A DNA stretch of 64,000 nucleotides from assembly GCA_023384005.1 (NCBI GenBank), contig JAHDXY010000001.1:20042-84041 (forward strand). The letters are read 5' to 3'. Source of the stretch: Burkholderiaceae bacterium. Lineage in GTDB: Bacteria > Pseudomonadota > Gammaproteobacteria > Burkholderiales > Burkholderiaceae_E. The notes beneath the pieces were generated by a model. It did no database searches and had not been told where the DNA came from. It worked only from the letters and a program-made list of their open reading frames with translations. Made by a program: the position numbers and the translations under genes. Position 1 is the first letter of the stretch. The number at the start of each line of letters is the position of its first letter. Shown piece after piece: positions 16,937-25,394 of the stretch.

Positions 16937-17761
16937 TCACAGCTCGTCTTTGACGTTCGAGGCTCCCTTCTCGAAGCCAGGGCCACCGAGTGCCTTTCCG
17001 ACGCCGAGCTCGATCAGCTCTTCGGGCGAGCGGAAGCGGATCTCCTCCGCATAATTGGCAGGATGCACATCCTCGACCTTCATTCCGTACTTCGCAGCGA
17101 TCTCCTCGTAGGAATCGAACTTCTGCACGAAGTCGTACTGGTTGCCGACACCGGGCTCCTTGTCTCCCGTACGGGAGACGTCGAAGGTGCATCCAGCTAA
17201 TCCGCCACGCTTGGCCGCGAGCTTGGTCAGATGCTTGATCGTACCCTGCTTGGCGACGAACAGCTTGCGCTGATTGGCGACCTTCTTGCCGGCGTTCGGC
17301 CCCTTCTTGATGACGTACTCGCTGTGATCGATGATCGTCATCACTCCGACGAAGCTGCTCCGCTCACCCTTCTCGCAGATCGGGCAAGGCTGGGTCTGGT
17401 CCACGTCCGAAGTGCAGACGAACTGTTGCCAGTCTCCGTTCACCCGCACGTTGTGCTCGTAGAACATGAAGATGTCGAGCATACCCTCGGCATCGAGCTC
17501 GCCGTCGAGGAACGTGATTTGACGGTCCTCGCCCTCCTTCAGATAGAAGCGCCACATCCTGCCCTGCTCCTGCTTGCGCAGCTCGGCCTGGGCTTCCTCG
17601 TGGGCGAGAGCTTTCTTCGCCGCTGCACCCTTCTTGAGAAAACTAGGTGCTCCCGAACTATGAGAAGCGAAGGATGACTTCGTGGGGGTCTGAGTCGACG
17701 GCGGTGCATTCGTCGTGGCCCCGCCCGGAGTAGCAGCTTTCTTTGCGAATTTCAGAGCCAT
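16937..17761 (-). CDS. putative ssDNA-binding protein with CxxC element
   Basis: 274 aa in the replication module. Contains PCPICEKG and an acidic C-terminus. The assignment rests mainly on position and overall pattern. Confidence 0.35.
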   Translation of the reverse strand: MALKFAKKAATPGGATTNAPPSTQTPTKSSFASHSSGAPSFLKKGAAAKKALAHEEAQAELRKQEQGRMWRFYLKEGEDRQITFLDGELDAEGMLDIFMFYEHNVRVNGDWQQFVCTSDVDQTQPCPICEKGERSSFVGVMTIIDHSEYVIKKGPNAGKKVANQRKLFVAKQGTIKHLTKLAAKRGGLAGCTFDVSRTGDKEPGVGNQYDFVQKFDSYEEIAAKYGMKVEDVHPANYAEEIRFRSPEELIELGVGKALGGPGFEKGASNVKDEL

Positions 17762-17775
17762 TTAGCTCTCCCAAT

Positions 17776-17793
17776 GTTTTCCCAAGTTTTCCC
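17776..17793. repeat. two GTTTTCCC units 10 nt apart in the leader of 16937-17761
   Basis: Plus strand GTTTTCCCAAGTTTTCCC. On the mRNA strand this reads GGGAAAACTTGGGAAAAC, followed by ATTGGGAGAG and the ATG. Confidence 0.6.
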
Positions 17794-17811
17794 GATCTTG
17801 CCGGCATGCCG

Positions 17812-17825
17812 TGCAATTAATTGCC
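17812..17825. repeat. palindrome-family copy
   Basis: TGCAATTAATTGCC (1 mismatch). 50 nt before start 17761. Confidence 0.85.
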
Positions 17826-17845
17826 AGTATGCCTTCCGGGCTGAA

Positions 17846-18856
17846 TTAGTCAAGCAGGAGATCATCGAGTTTTACAATTCCCGAGAGCAATTCCGCAATT
17901 TCCTCCGGAGAACAAACACCAGGGTCCTTTCGGCCCTTCGGCGGCTGCAAATGATGGATTACGTGATCTTCCTGCAGGAACTTGTCCACCTTTGATCGGC
18001 CGGCGTCACCGCCCTTTCCACGATCGAGGAATGTGATCCATTCCAAAGCATCGGCCATACGGCGCAGCTTCTCGAAACTCGGATTGGAGAACAAGGGGCT
18101 GACCACATTCCGGTAGACGCGATACGCCGAGGCAAGGTCGAACGGGCCTTCCACCACCAGGATCGGCTTCGTCAGGTCGACCCAGCTCTCTCCCAGCCAA
18201 TACAACGGGTTGTTCTTACCGGCCTGCGTGTACATGCGGTATCTGGGGTCGACCCCACTTTGGATCGCGCGACCGTGCAGTCCGACCAGGCGTTCATTGA
18301 AGTCGCGAACGGGGAAACAGACCCGCTTCTCCTTCGTGTCCGCATGTAAGTCGAGAGCGTTCGCTACGGCGGCGGGGACCTTGCGCTCGGCCAGATAGTC
18401 CACCGCCCAGCCAATCTCATGCCAGACCGGGAAGCTGTCGAGCCACCATTCGGGGAAGTAGTGCCGCCCTTCTTTAGGGCCGAACAGCATCTCCTCGATG
18501 CCGGGACTGTCGAAGTCGAACTCTATCGCCTTCTCGGCTTCGTCGACGAGCTCCAGCGCCTGGCCCCACTTCGCGTCGACATGGCAAGCCTGCTTGTTCA
18601 TGTGGCGCATGGCAATGATCAGGGAGCCCAAGGTGCCGTGCCAGCCGCACGCGAAGCAGTTCACTGCAGGGTCACCTGCCTCGATCCTGACGCCGAAGAC
18701 CTCGGGTCCGCTATGGCCGTTTTCATGCCGCCAATGCTCGAGAGGACAGCGGCTGATGACCCAGCCGGTTCGCTTGTGCGCCTGAATGTTCTGGGTCCCG
18801 AGCAGCTTGAGGCATTCCACGATCTTCTCGAGCTTCATGCGTAATCCTTGTGGCAC
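17846..18856 (-). CDS. DNA primase (zinc finger + Toprim)
   Basis: 336 aa. Zinc-finger-like CPLEHWRH...CFACGWHG; Toprim motifs VVEGPFD and FLDRGKGGDAG. Confidence 0.7.
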   Translation of the reverse strand: MPQGLRMKLEKIVECLKLLGTQNIQAHKRTGWVISRCPLEHWRHENGHSGPEVFGVRIEAGDPAVNCFACGWHGTLGSLIIAMRHMNKQACHVDAKWGQALELVDEAEKAIEFDFDSPGIEEMLFGPKEGRHYFPEWWLDSFPVWHEIGWAVDYLAERKVPAAVANALDLHADTKEKRVCFPVRDFNERLVGLHGRAIQSGVDPRYRMYTQAGKNNPLYWLGESWVDLTKPILVVEGPFDLASAYRVYRNVVSPLFSNPSFEKLRRMADALEWITFLDRGKGGDAGRSKVDKFLQEDHVIHHLQPPKGRKDPGVCSPEEIAELLSGIVKLDDLLLD

Positions 18857-19479
18857 GCCTCGTCGATATCGGTCCCTGCAAGGAAGTTCTTGTGCGCGTT
18901 GGTCATGGCGGCCGTGCAGAGCTTGTCCACGCGCTCATTCTGCGGATGGCCACTGTGCCCCTTGACGTGCTCGAACGTCACCGCGTGGAGCTGATAGAGT
19001 TGCAGCAGCGGCTCCCAGAGGTCCTTGTTGATGACCGGCTTGCCCTCGCGCGTCCTCCAGCCGTTGCGGACCCAATTGCGGCTCCACTGCGTGACCCCCT
19101 TGATCACGTACTCGCTGTCACTGAAGACCTTGACGGGTGGACCGAACTCCAGGCTTTCCAGCGCCTTGATCACCGCCATCAGCTCCATCCGGTTATTCGT
19201 GGTGCCGAGCATCGGCTCGCACTGCTCCACAACGTGACCGTCGGGGAACTCCGCCAGATAGGCCCAGGCACCGATGCCGTCCTTCCTCAAGTCACACCCG
19301 CCATCCGTGTAGACAGTGATGACCGACTGATCGGCAGCTTCGACAACGGGTCCTGCCGTGGCTTTGATGCCGTCCACGGCGAGAGAGCCGAGCATGGAGC
19401 TGACGATGTGCTTGCCGGCGACCTTGTCAGCCGCAAGGAAGGTCAGCGTAACCTGCAGCTTCTTGACGGTGCTCCTCAC
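18835..19479 (-). CDS. RNase HI with about 50-aa N-terminal extension
   Basis: 214 aa. VYTDGGC, TNNRMELMAVIKAL, FSDSEYV and KGHSGHPQNERVDKL are canonical RNase H1 motifs. Confidence 0.85.
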   Translation of the reverse strand: MRSTVKKLQVTLTFLAADKVAGKHIVSSMLGSLAVDGIKATAGPVVEAADQSVITVYTDGGCDLRKDGIGAWAYLAEFPDGHVVEQCEPMLGTTNNRMELMAVIKALESLEFGPPVKVFSDSEYVIKGVTQWSRNWVRNGWRTREGKPVINKDLWEPLLQLYQLHAVTFEHVKGHSGHPQNERVDKLCTAAMTNAHKNFLAGTDIDEACHKDYA

Positions 19480-19480
19480 G

Positions 19481-19960
19481 TCAGGCCCTCTCGACCACCT
19501 TGAAGCTGCGGGTTGTACGGTTCTCCTTGATGACCTCCCCGCGTTGCGGGAGCGTCAGGTAGGCGTCGATGTCCTTCAAGGCCACCTTGGCGCACTTGTA
19601 GAACAGGTCATTGCCCATGAGCTTCTGGACCTTCTTCAGGTCCTTGATCTCGCGGGACGTGCCCCTCTTGCCGATCTCCAGACGGAAGGATGCACCAAGC
19701 TCCTCGCGCTCCGCGTCGTCACCAGCCTCGATCTCCTCGATCTTGGCTTTCAGCTTCGCCACGGCGTCGTTGTACGGCTTCAGCTGCTCCTGGAGCGTCT
19801 TGATCTGTTTGTTGATCTTCTCGGCTTCCTGGCCGAGCGTTCCGACATTGTCGATCAGCTCTGCGAAGTCGCTCAACATCTCGTCGGGCTCGGGCTTGAC
19901 GAGTGTGGGCTTCTTTTTGGTCAGGACGATTGCCATGTCACCCTCCGTGGTTTCCGACAT
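19481..19960 (-). CDS. hypothetical coiled-coil protein
   Basis: 159-aa ORF. The alternative ATG at 19936 has GGAGGG upstream. Confidence 0.55.
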   Translation of the reverse strand: MSETTEGDMAIVLTKKKPTLVKPEPDEMLSDFAELIDNVGTLGQEAEKINKQIKTLQEQLKPYNDAVAKLKAKIEEIEAGDDAEREELGASFRLEIGKRGTSREIKDLKKVQKLMGNDLFYKCAKVALKDIDAYLTLPQRGEVIKENRTTRSFKVVERA

Positions 19961-19966
19961 ACTTTG

Positions 19967-19994
19967 AGGCTATCTGAATGCCGGTGAGTTGCAA
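19967..19994 (-). promoter_or_regulatory. sigma70-like promoter candidate
   Basis: Minus strand: motif, 7 nt, TTGCAA, 16 nt, TAGCCT. Confidence 0.4.
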
Positions 19995-20001
19995 GATGTT
20001 T

Positions 20002-20015
20002 TGCATTTAATTGCA
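20002..20015. repeat. palindrome-family copy
   Basis: TGCATTTAATTGCA (1 mismatch). 4 nt after the DnaB-like stop; a promoter candidate follows. Confidence 0.85.
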
Positions 20016-20019
20016 CGTC

Positions 20020-21306
20020 TTAGACGAATTGCAAATCAGCTACGCTCTCCTCCTCGACCTCCGAGAAGTCCATCGAGCCCCAACTCCATCTGGTCGTGAA
20101 TGAGCCCACTTCGCCGGCCCGTCCCTTGAGGATCTCGATCTTGCGATGCTTGAGGGTCTCGACGCTCTCGTCCTCGAACAGACCCAGCACGATCGAGGCG
20201 ACCTGGGCGATGGCGTCGGAGTAGCCGATGTCTTCGAGCCCGGCCTTTTCGCCCTTCTTGGTGTTCTTCTTGCTGGCTGAGCGGGCAAATTGCCAACTGC
20301 AGACGACGGGGGCAAGGGCGGAGAGCTCCGACTTGATCAGCTCGGCGTTCTCGGCCACCCGGCGATAGCGATCACGCTCGGTCGGGTGCTTCACGAGGTA
20401 GGCTCCGTCGAGGAAGATGGCGGCCGGCTTCAGCTGCCGGGCTATCATCCAGATGTCCTCCACCGTGGCCGCCAGATTGCCATCCACCACGTAGAACGGG
20501 AACGAGTAGCCCTTGATCTCGGTGAGCCCCTGCTTGAGCTTGGCGAGCCCTTTGGAGCTCAAGGCGGCGTGCTTGAGCTGCGAAGCGGAGACGTGGACCT
20601 GCATGGCAGCGAGCCGCTGCTGGATCGCAAGGACGTCCATCTCCATGGAGACAAACATGCGGGATTGGTCGTGCTCGGCCTTCTTACCGGTCGCGAGGGA
20701 TTCCTCACCGGCCTTGCGCCATCCGTGCAGTGCCCCGTAGAGCAGCATGAGGCTCTTGCCTGCCGCTGGGCGGCCGATCATGCTCAGCACGTCTCCGCGT
20801 TCCATACCGCCAGACATCCTGTCGAGGGTCGGCCATCCGAGCTGCAGCCCGTACTCGTCGACGGCGTTGAACTTCGAGGCATAGGTCGACATCAACGTGC
20901 CATAGGCTTCGCGGAAGTCGACGATCTGCTTGATGTGTCGCTGTGAAATTAATTGCATTGCCGTTTCAGTAATGACGCGCAGCGCTTCCTGCGGGTCCTT
21001 GTTCTCCGGCAGCAGCAGATCGCTCACCTGCTTCATGCCCTTCTTGAGCGATAGCTCGACGTGCCGGGCTTGCATCAGGTCGAAGTAGTAGCCTGACGGC
21101 TCCTTGTGTTGGACCAGCGTCTCCCCGGTGTGCTTCTCGATCGTTTCCTCGGACGGCAACGCCTGGTACTGCTTGGCGAAATCTCGGACGAACTCGTAGA
21201 GCTCAACCTCCGTCCCCTTGAACAGGTGGTCGATCTTTCCGTGCTGAAGGAGGTTCGCGACCGAGTTCTCAGCCAGGACAGCCGACACGAACATCTTGCC
21301 GATCAA
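20020..21306 (-). CDS. DnaB-like replicative helicase
   Basis: 428 aa. DnaB-type N-terminal domain, Walker A GRPAAGKSLM, and FVSMEM. Confidence 0.85.
   Translation of the reverse strand: MIGKMFVSAVLAENSVANLLQHGKIDHLFKGTEVELYEFVRDFAKQYQALPSEETIEKHTGETLVQHKEPSGYYFDLMQARHVELSLKKGMKQVSDLLLPENKDPQEALRVITETAMQLISQRHIKQIVDFREAYGTLMSTYASKFNAVDEYGLQLGWPTLDRMSGGMERGDVLSMIGRPAAGKSLMLLYGALHGWRKAGEESLATGKKAEHDQSRMFVSMEMDVLAIQQRLAAMQVHVSASQLKHAALSSKGLAKLKQGLTEIKGYSFPFYVVDGNLAATVEDIWMIARQLKPAAIFLDGAYLVKHPTERDRYRRVAENAELIKSELSALAPVVCSWQFARSASKKNTKKGEKAGLEDIGYSDAIAQVASIVLGLFEDESVETLKHRKIEILKGRAGEVGSFTTRWSWGSMDFSEVEEESVADLQFV
20944..20957. repeat. palindrome-family copy (intragenic)
   Basis: TGAAATTAATTGCA (1 mismatch). 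Inside the DnaB-like CDS, coding MQLISQ. Confidence 0.75.
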
Positions 21307-21878
21307 TGGGAGCCTCCCACCTTTACGAAGCTCTGATCAATCAGGTTCTTCATCGGCATGCCGTACTCCTTGCCGAGCGCTGCCAGGTCCGGCGCGTAGA
21401 CGATCGTTTGCTGGCCGGCGATCTGGCGGGACAGCAGCAGGTCGTAGAGGGCCGACACCTGCCAGGCAGCAATGTGTCCGCCGTCGCTGGCCGGGTGAAA
21501 GAAATTCGGGATCAGCAGGCAAGTCAGCTGGGGCATCGACTGCCCTGCTACCGTATCCAGCACCGACCCGAGCGTCATCACGCGAGCCCGGATGAAGTTG
21601 CGGACGAGACAGCCGGCGATAGCCGCCATTCGCTGGTCGATGGCGTCCACGCCGGACTTCTTCGTGTAGCAGAGGCCAGAGACCTTCCCGTGGCTGGCCA
21701 TATGCTGGCGGAACTTTCGGAGGTAGCCGATCTCGCTCTTCGTCACGTCAGGCGGCAGCGGAGAGCAAATCCAGTGCGGCTGCACGCCGGCATCACGGGC
21801 GAAATTGTCGATGTCGGCAACAAGGCGGTCGTGCACGTTCTTGTCGAGCACGCCGGAGGCGTAGGGGTCGAGAGGCAT
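21303..21878 (-). CDS. hypothetical protein (positional helicase-loader candidate)
   Basis: 191-aa ORF, translationally coupled between the initiator and DnaB. No P-loop seen. Confidence 0.45.
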   Translation of the reverse strand: MPLDPYASGVLDKNVHDRLVADIDNFARDAGVQPHWICSPLPPDVTKSEIGYLRKFRQHMASHGKVSGLCYTKKSGVDAIDQRMAAIAGCLVRNFIRARVMTLGSVLDTVAGQSMPQLTCLLIPNFFHPASDGGHIAAWQVSALYDLLLSRQIAGQQTIVYAPDLAALGKEYGMPMKNLIDQSFVKVGGSH

Positions 21879-22906
21879 CAGAATTTGTCCTCACCGAGAA
21901 TGTTCATCAGCTCCGCGTGGGTCTGAGGCACGTAGTCGTCATCACCGGGTTTCGGCTTCGGCTTCTGTGAAATTAATTGCACGGACTTGGCAACAACCTT
22001 TTTCGGCGACGACGCCTCCTGCGGAGCCTTCTTGGGTTGGGATGCGAGGAACAGATTTACAGCAATGCCGGCGTGTTTCAAGAGGAAATCTACATTAGGA
22101 TCCAACGGCGTCGTCTTGACCCCTGCAGCCGACTCCACCTCCTTCGTGAACTCCAACCAGTTCATCAGCACATGGCGGAGAACAGTCTCTGCCTTGCCTG
22201 CGGGACACTTGGCGCGGAACAGCTTCAGCTGGCCGTATTGCTTCGAGGTCAGCTGGGGAACGTACTTCTCGAGCTCCTGCGCTATCGTGGTCTTCCAGAC
22301 GTACTCCAGAGCCTTCACGGAGTCGGGCTGGTGTAGCTTCCCGCCAGCTTTGAATTTGTTCAGTGCATCCGCAACTGTCGCGGCGTTTTTCTCTTGGTCT
22401 TTGTTTACCATTCCCTCTTTCCCGCCTTCTTGTTTCTCCGCGGGAGACACACTGGCATGCGTCAGCATGCTAACTCCCTGTGATTCTCCCTGTGATTCTC
22501 CCTGCATATACGAAGTATATGAAGCCGTGCTTGGAGACACGCATTGGGCGGTGTCGTTTGACACCTCCTGCCCAGGGTCTTCTCCGTCTTCTCGAGCCGC
22601 CGTTTTCAGGGCTTCTGTGCACTTGTTCGTGACCAGGACGTGCATGACATTCTTGCCGTGGAACAGGTGCTGGCTTGTTTGAATCAGCCCCTGCTGCCGG
22701 AGCTTGGACAGCCCGTCCTTCACCTGTTGATGTGACAGCCCCGTCTCGAACTTGATCTCAGAGTAGGGCTTCGCGATCCAAAGGCGGCCGTTGAACTCTC
22801 GGGTCGGCTTCCAGAAGCTCAGCCTGTAGAGAATGATACCCGACACGGGCGATCCGGCGACGTGCACACACCGCCCGATGTGCGGGCGCTCCATCTTCTT
22901 TGACAC
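21878..22906 (-). CDS. putative replication initiator (winged-helix N-terminus)
   Basis: ORF track 21878..22969. GTG at 22906 follows GGAGG. wHTH-like LSHQQVKDGLSKLRQQGLIQT. Contains the iteron/AT-rich cluster at 22440-22570. Confidence 0.55.
   Translation of the reverse strand: MSKKMERPHIGRCVHVAGSPVSGIILYRLSFWKPTREFNGRLWIAKPYSEIKFETGLSHQQVKDGLSKLRQQGLIQTSQHLFHGKNVMHVLVTNKCTEALKTAAREDGEDPGQEVSNDTAQCVSPSTASYTSYMQGESQGESQGVSMLTHASVSPAEKQEGGKEGMVNKDQEKNAATVADALNKFKAGGKLHQPDSVKALEYVWKTTIAQELEKYVPQLTSKQYGQLKLFRAKCPAGKAETVLRHVLMNWLEFTKEVESAAGVKTTPLDPNVDFLLKHAGIAVNLFLASQPKKAPQEASSPKKVVAKSVQLISQKPKPKPGDDDYVPQTHAELMNILGEDKF
21968..21981. repeat. palindrome-family copy (intragenic)
   Basis: TGAAATTAATTGCA (1 mismatch). 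Inside the initiator CDS, coding VQLISQ. Confidence 0.75.
22475..22521. repeat. 2.5 x 12-bp direct repeats plus AT-rich inverted repeat (origin candidate core)
   Basis: TCCCTGTGATTC TCCCTGTGATTC TCCCTG, then CATATAC-GAA-GTATATG. Lies inside the initiator gene linker (codes GESQGESQG). Confidence 0.6.
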
Positions 22907-22925
22907 CGCAATAAGCCTCCGCAGC

Positions 22926-22952
22926 AGAAAAAGCACGGGCCGAAGCCCGTGC
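22926..22952 (-). terminator. rho-independent terminator after 22973-23683
   Basis: Minus strand: GCACGGGC-TTCG-GCCCGTGC followed by TTTTTCTGC. Confidence 0.75.
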
Positions 22953-22954
22953 CG

Positions 22955-22968
22955 TGCAATCAATTGCA
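22955..22968. repeat. palindrome-family copy
   Basis: TGCAATCAATTGCA (1 mismatch). 4 nt after stop 22973, then the terminator. Confidence 0.85.
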
Positions 22969-22972
22969 CCGA

Positions 22973-23683
22973 TCAGTCGTGATCGTCGGGATCGTCGTCG
23001 AACTCCTCCTCGTCGAGATCATCGGCTGCATCCGGATCCTCACTCTCGGCTTGGACCTCCTCGTACGCCTTCTTGAGGATCGCCGCCTGCATGCCGAAGT
23101 GACCGATGTTCGCCTCCATCTCCTTCTCGACGATCATTTTGGCCTTGAGGCTCTTCTCGATCTGGCCGGCGACCTTGCCGTAGACGTTCTCGGTGAGCCA
23201 CTTGGCGATCTCTGCCGGCGACAGGATCATGTGCTCGGGGCCGATGATCTCGTACAGGTAGTCAGCCATCTTGCTCGACAGTTTGCCGTCCTTCATCTCG
23301 GCGAGCAGGGCTTCGGCCTCGGTCCGCGTGCCGTCGAGGGAGCCCCGCAGCAGGACTCCGATCGTGGTCGAGGCTCGCATATTGTCCTGAAGCTCCCACA
23401 CGACGTTCGGCCAGGCGTCCCAAAAGTTCTCGGGCTTCTTCTCCAGCTTGACGACTTTGCTTTCCTCCACCTCCTCGAACATGCCCTGGGCGGAGGCCGA
23501 ACGGAGGCGGGTTCCGAACCAGACGGTGCCTGGGTGCCCGAAAGCCTTGCCGTTCATAATGCTGTTCGGCTTGATGCCGAGCGCGATGTCGCCCCGTCTG
23601 GCGATCACCAGATAGTCGTAGGCACCTCCGGTTCCGCGCATCATCTTCTGCCCGGTGGTCACTTTGTCAGCTGCTGCAGTCAT
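22973..23683 (-). CDS. hypothetical protein with strongly acidic C-terminal tail
   Basis: ORF track 22973..23962. Start taken at MTAAADKV. Ends DPDAADDLDEEEFDDDPDDHD and is followed by a strong terminator. Confidence 0.6.
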   Translation of the reverse strand: MTAAADKVTTGQKMMRGTGGAYDYLVIARRGDIALGIKPNSIMNGKAFGHPGTVWFGTRLRSASAQGMFEEVEESKVVKLEKKPENFWDAWPNVVWELQDNMRASTTIGVLLRGSLDGTRTEAEALLAEMKDGKLSSKMADYLYEIIGPEHMILSPAEIAKWLTENVYGKVAGQIEKSLKAKMIVEKEMEANIGHFGMQAAILKKAYEEVQAESEDPDAADDLDEEEFDDDPDDHD

Positions 23684-23721
23684 CTCACACTCCTTGTGAT
23701 GTTGCCTTCCTATCCTGCTTC

Positions 23722-24945
23722 CTAACCGCCCGAAGGCAAACTTTTGGCGGTCAGTCTCTTGACGAACGAGTAGACGCCCTTGGTCAGCGCTGCCTGCGAG
23801 ACGGTGGGCGGATTGGTCCCCTCGATGTTCGAAGTCGCCATGGCATCGGCGACGATCTTCTTGATGGCGGGATGGTTGTCCGGGAACGCCTCTGAATCGA
23901 AGGTCTTGAGCACCGAATGAACGAACGCCGGGGCCTGGCTCTCGTCGAGCCCTCCGAACCACATCACCTGATCGATGCGTCCCTCGCGATAGAGCTCCCT
24001 GGGCAGGCTTTTCGCCTTGTTGGTTGTCATGACCACGAGCACACGGGAACGCCTCTCAGCGAGCCACCAGAGCAGCTGGGACAGCATCGTGGACGTGGTC
24101 CCCGAGGTATCGTTCTGCGTGGTGGCGAATACCTTCTCGACCTCGTCCAGCAGCGCGATGCAGGGTTCCTCGTGGTCGAGGCGGGACAGGTTCGTCAGCA
24201 GGTTCTGCTCGGACTGGCCGACATACTTGTTCTTCGTCCCGCCGATGTCGACGCGGTAGAGCGGCACCCCGATCTGCTCGGCCATCCATTTCGAGGCGGC
24301 CGTCTTGCCGACGCCGGGCGGCCCGTCCAAGAGCAATCCTCTCGGGAGCAGTCGAGCGTCCTTGCCGGTCAGGAAGAACTGCTTCTCCTTCCCGACCCAC
24401 TTCACAAGGCTCGGAGGCGGCTGGTAGAAGCTCTGCTTCGTGTCGACCTGGGTCAGGCCGCTGGACGCCTGGAAGCTCGATTTGCGAGTCTCCATGAGGC
24501 CCTGCACGGTGAGGCTCTTGTCCCGTGCCATCGTCAGGCGAGCGAGCTCGGCGGCCTCCTTGATCGTGCATCCCCCGAGGCCGCGCAGCAGCTCCTCCGC
24601 CTTCTTCGCATCGTCCACGACCTCGGTCATGAACTTCATCATCAGGGATCGCGGGACCGGGACCTCGCCGGCATCGAACATCGGTTCGACCATGGCTGGC
24701 GGATTGACGACCACGAGGGTGCTCTCGTGCGACACCATTTTCTCGTAGAGCGGGAACAAGGGCAGCTCCACCTTCTTCGATGTGCATACGAAGGTGTAGA
24801 GCTGCTTCTTGGCCAAGGGCGTGTTCGGCTGCCACGCGATCGGCGTTCGCTTCGTGATCTCCTTCAGAACCTCGTGCAGGTTCATGCTGTCGCGCGTGGT
24901 GACCGCGACAACGGGCAACTGGGCTTGGATGGCGAGTTTTAGCAC
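23722..24945 (-). CDS. AAA+ ATPase (classical FtsH/Cdc48-type module)
   Basis: 407 aa. Walker A LLDGPPGVGKT, Walker B ALLDEVE, and the second region of homology MTTNKAKSLPRELYREGRID. Confidence 0.8.
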   Translation of the reverse strand: MLKLAIQAQLPVVAVTTRDSMNLHEVLKEITKRTPIAWQPNTPLAKKQLYTFVCTSKKVELPLFPLYEKMVSHESTLVVVNPPAMVEPMFDAGEVPVPRSLMMKFMTEVVDDAKKAEELLRGLGGCTIKEAAELARLTMARDKSLTVQGLMETRKSSFQASSGLTQVDTKQSFYQPPPSLVKWVGKEKQFFLTGKDARLLPRGLLLDGPPGVGKTAASKWMAEQIGVPLYRVDIGGTKNKYVGQSEQNLLTNLSRLDHEEPCIALLDEVEKVFATTQNDTSGTTSTMLSQLLWWLAERRSRVLVVMTTNKAKSLPRELYREGRIDQVMWFGGLDESQAPAFVHSVLKTFDSEAFPDNHPAIKKIVADAMATSNIEGTNPPTVSQAALTKGVYSFVKRLTAKSLPSGG

Positions 24946-24977
24946 GTCAGGTGTTCCCCTCCTGGGTTCGTCCTCTG

Positions 24978-25005
24978 ACTATGCCAGTGATACTTGCCGG
25001 ATCAA
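24978..25005 (-). promoter_or_regulatory. sigma70-like promoter candidate
   Basis: Minus strand: motif, 8 nt, TTGATC, 16 nt, CATAGT. Upstream of the AAA+ gene. Confidence 0.35.
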
Positions 25006-25013
25006 GAGGAATT

Positions 25014-25027
25014 TGCAATTAATTGCG
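25014..25027. repeat. palindrome-family copy
   Basis: TGCAATTAATTGCG (1 mismatch). 5 nt after stop 25033; a promoter candidate follows. Confidence 0.85.
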
Positions 25028-25032
25028 CGGCG

Positions 25033-25380
25033 CTAACGAAAGTGACTCAACAACGAATCCCACCAGGACGTGATGGCGACACCCAGCGCGCCGCCGCCCA
25101 TGCCGGCCATGGCAAGCGCGCCGATGCCACGCTGCTTCCATGCCTTCACCTCGTCGATGACGGGCATCACATCCTCACCGACATCCTTCTTCACGGAAGC
25201 TATGCCGAGCTCCACCTTTTCGGTGCGATGCGAGAGCTCGGCCAGTTTGGGTTCCAGAGATTCGAGTCGCTTCTCGATCTTGACATTCACCTGGGAGATG
25301 TCTTGCCGAAGATTCTTGACCTCCGCCTTGAGGCTCCCCAGCACTTCATAGATGTCATTCAGGTCACCGGCCATACCCAT
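25033..25380 (-). CDS. coiled-coil protein with C-terminal hydrophobic segment (lysis-region accessory)
   Basis: ORF track 25033..25605. Start taken at MGMAGDL. C-terminal GIGALAMAGMGGGALGVAI. Confidence 0.45.
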   Translation of the reverse strand: MGMAGDLNDIYEVLGSLKAEVKNLRQDISQVNVKIEKRLESLEPKLAELSHRTEKVELGIASVKKDVGEDVMPVIDEVKAWKQRGIGALAMAGMGGGALGVAITSWWDSLLSHFR

Positions 25381-25394
25381 CTCCGCTGTCTCGA

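Noticed and set aside
21878-22969. ORF-track N-terminal extensions that begin inside a motif copy (MQLIA...-type starts), or far upstream. Examples are 22969, 27051, 41659, 44563, 16925, 23962, 25605, 58504, 48078 and 33271.
   Set aside because: The extensions are Arg/Pro/Gly-rich, lack ribosome-binding sites and overlap regulatory elements. Internal starts with good SD sequences give proteins that begin where family similarity begins.
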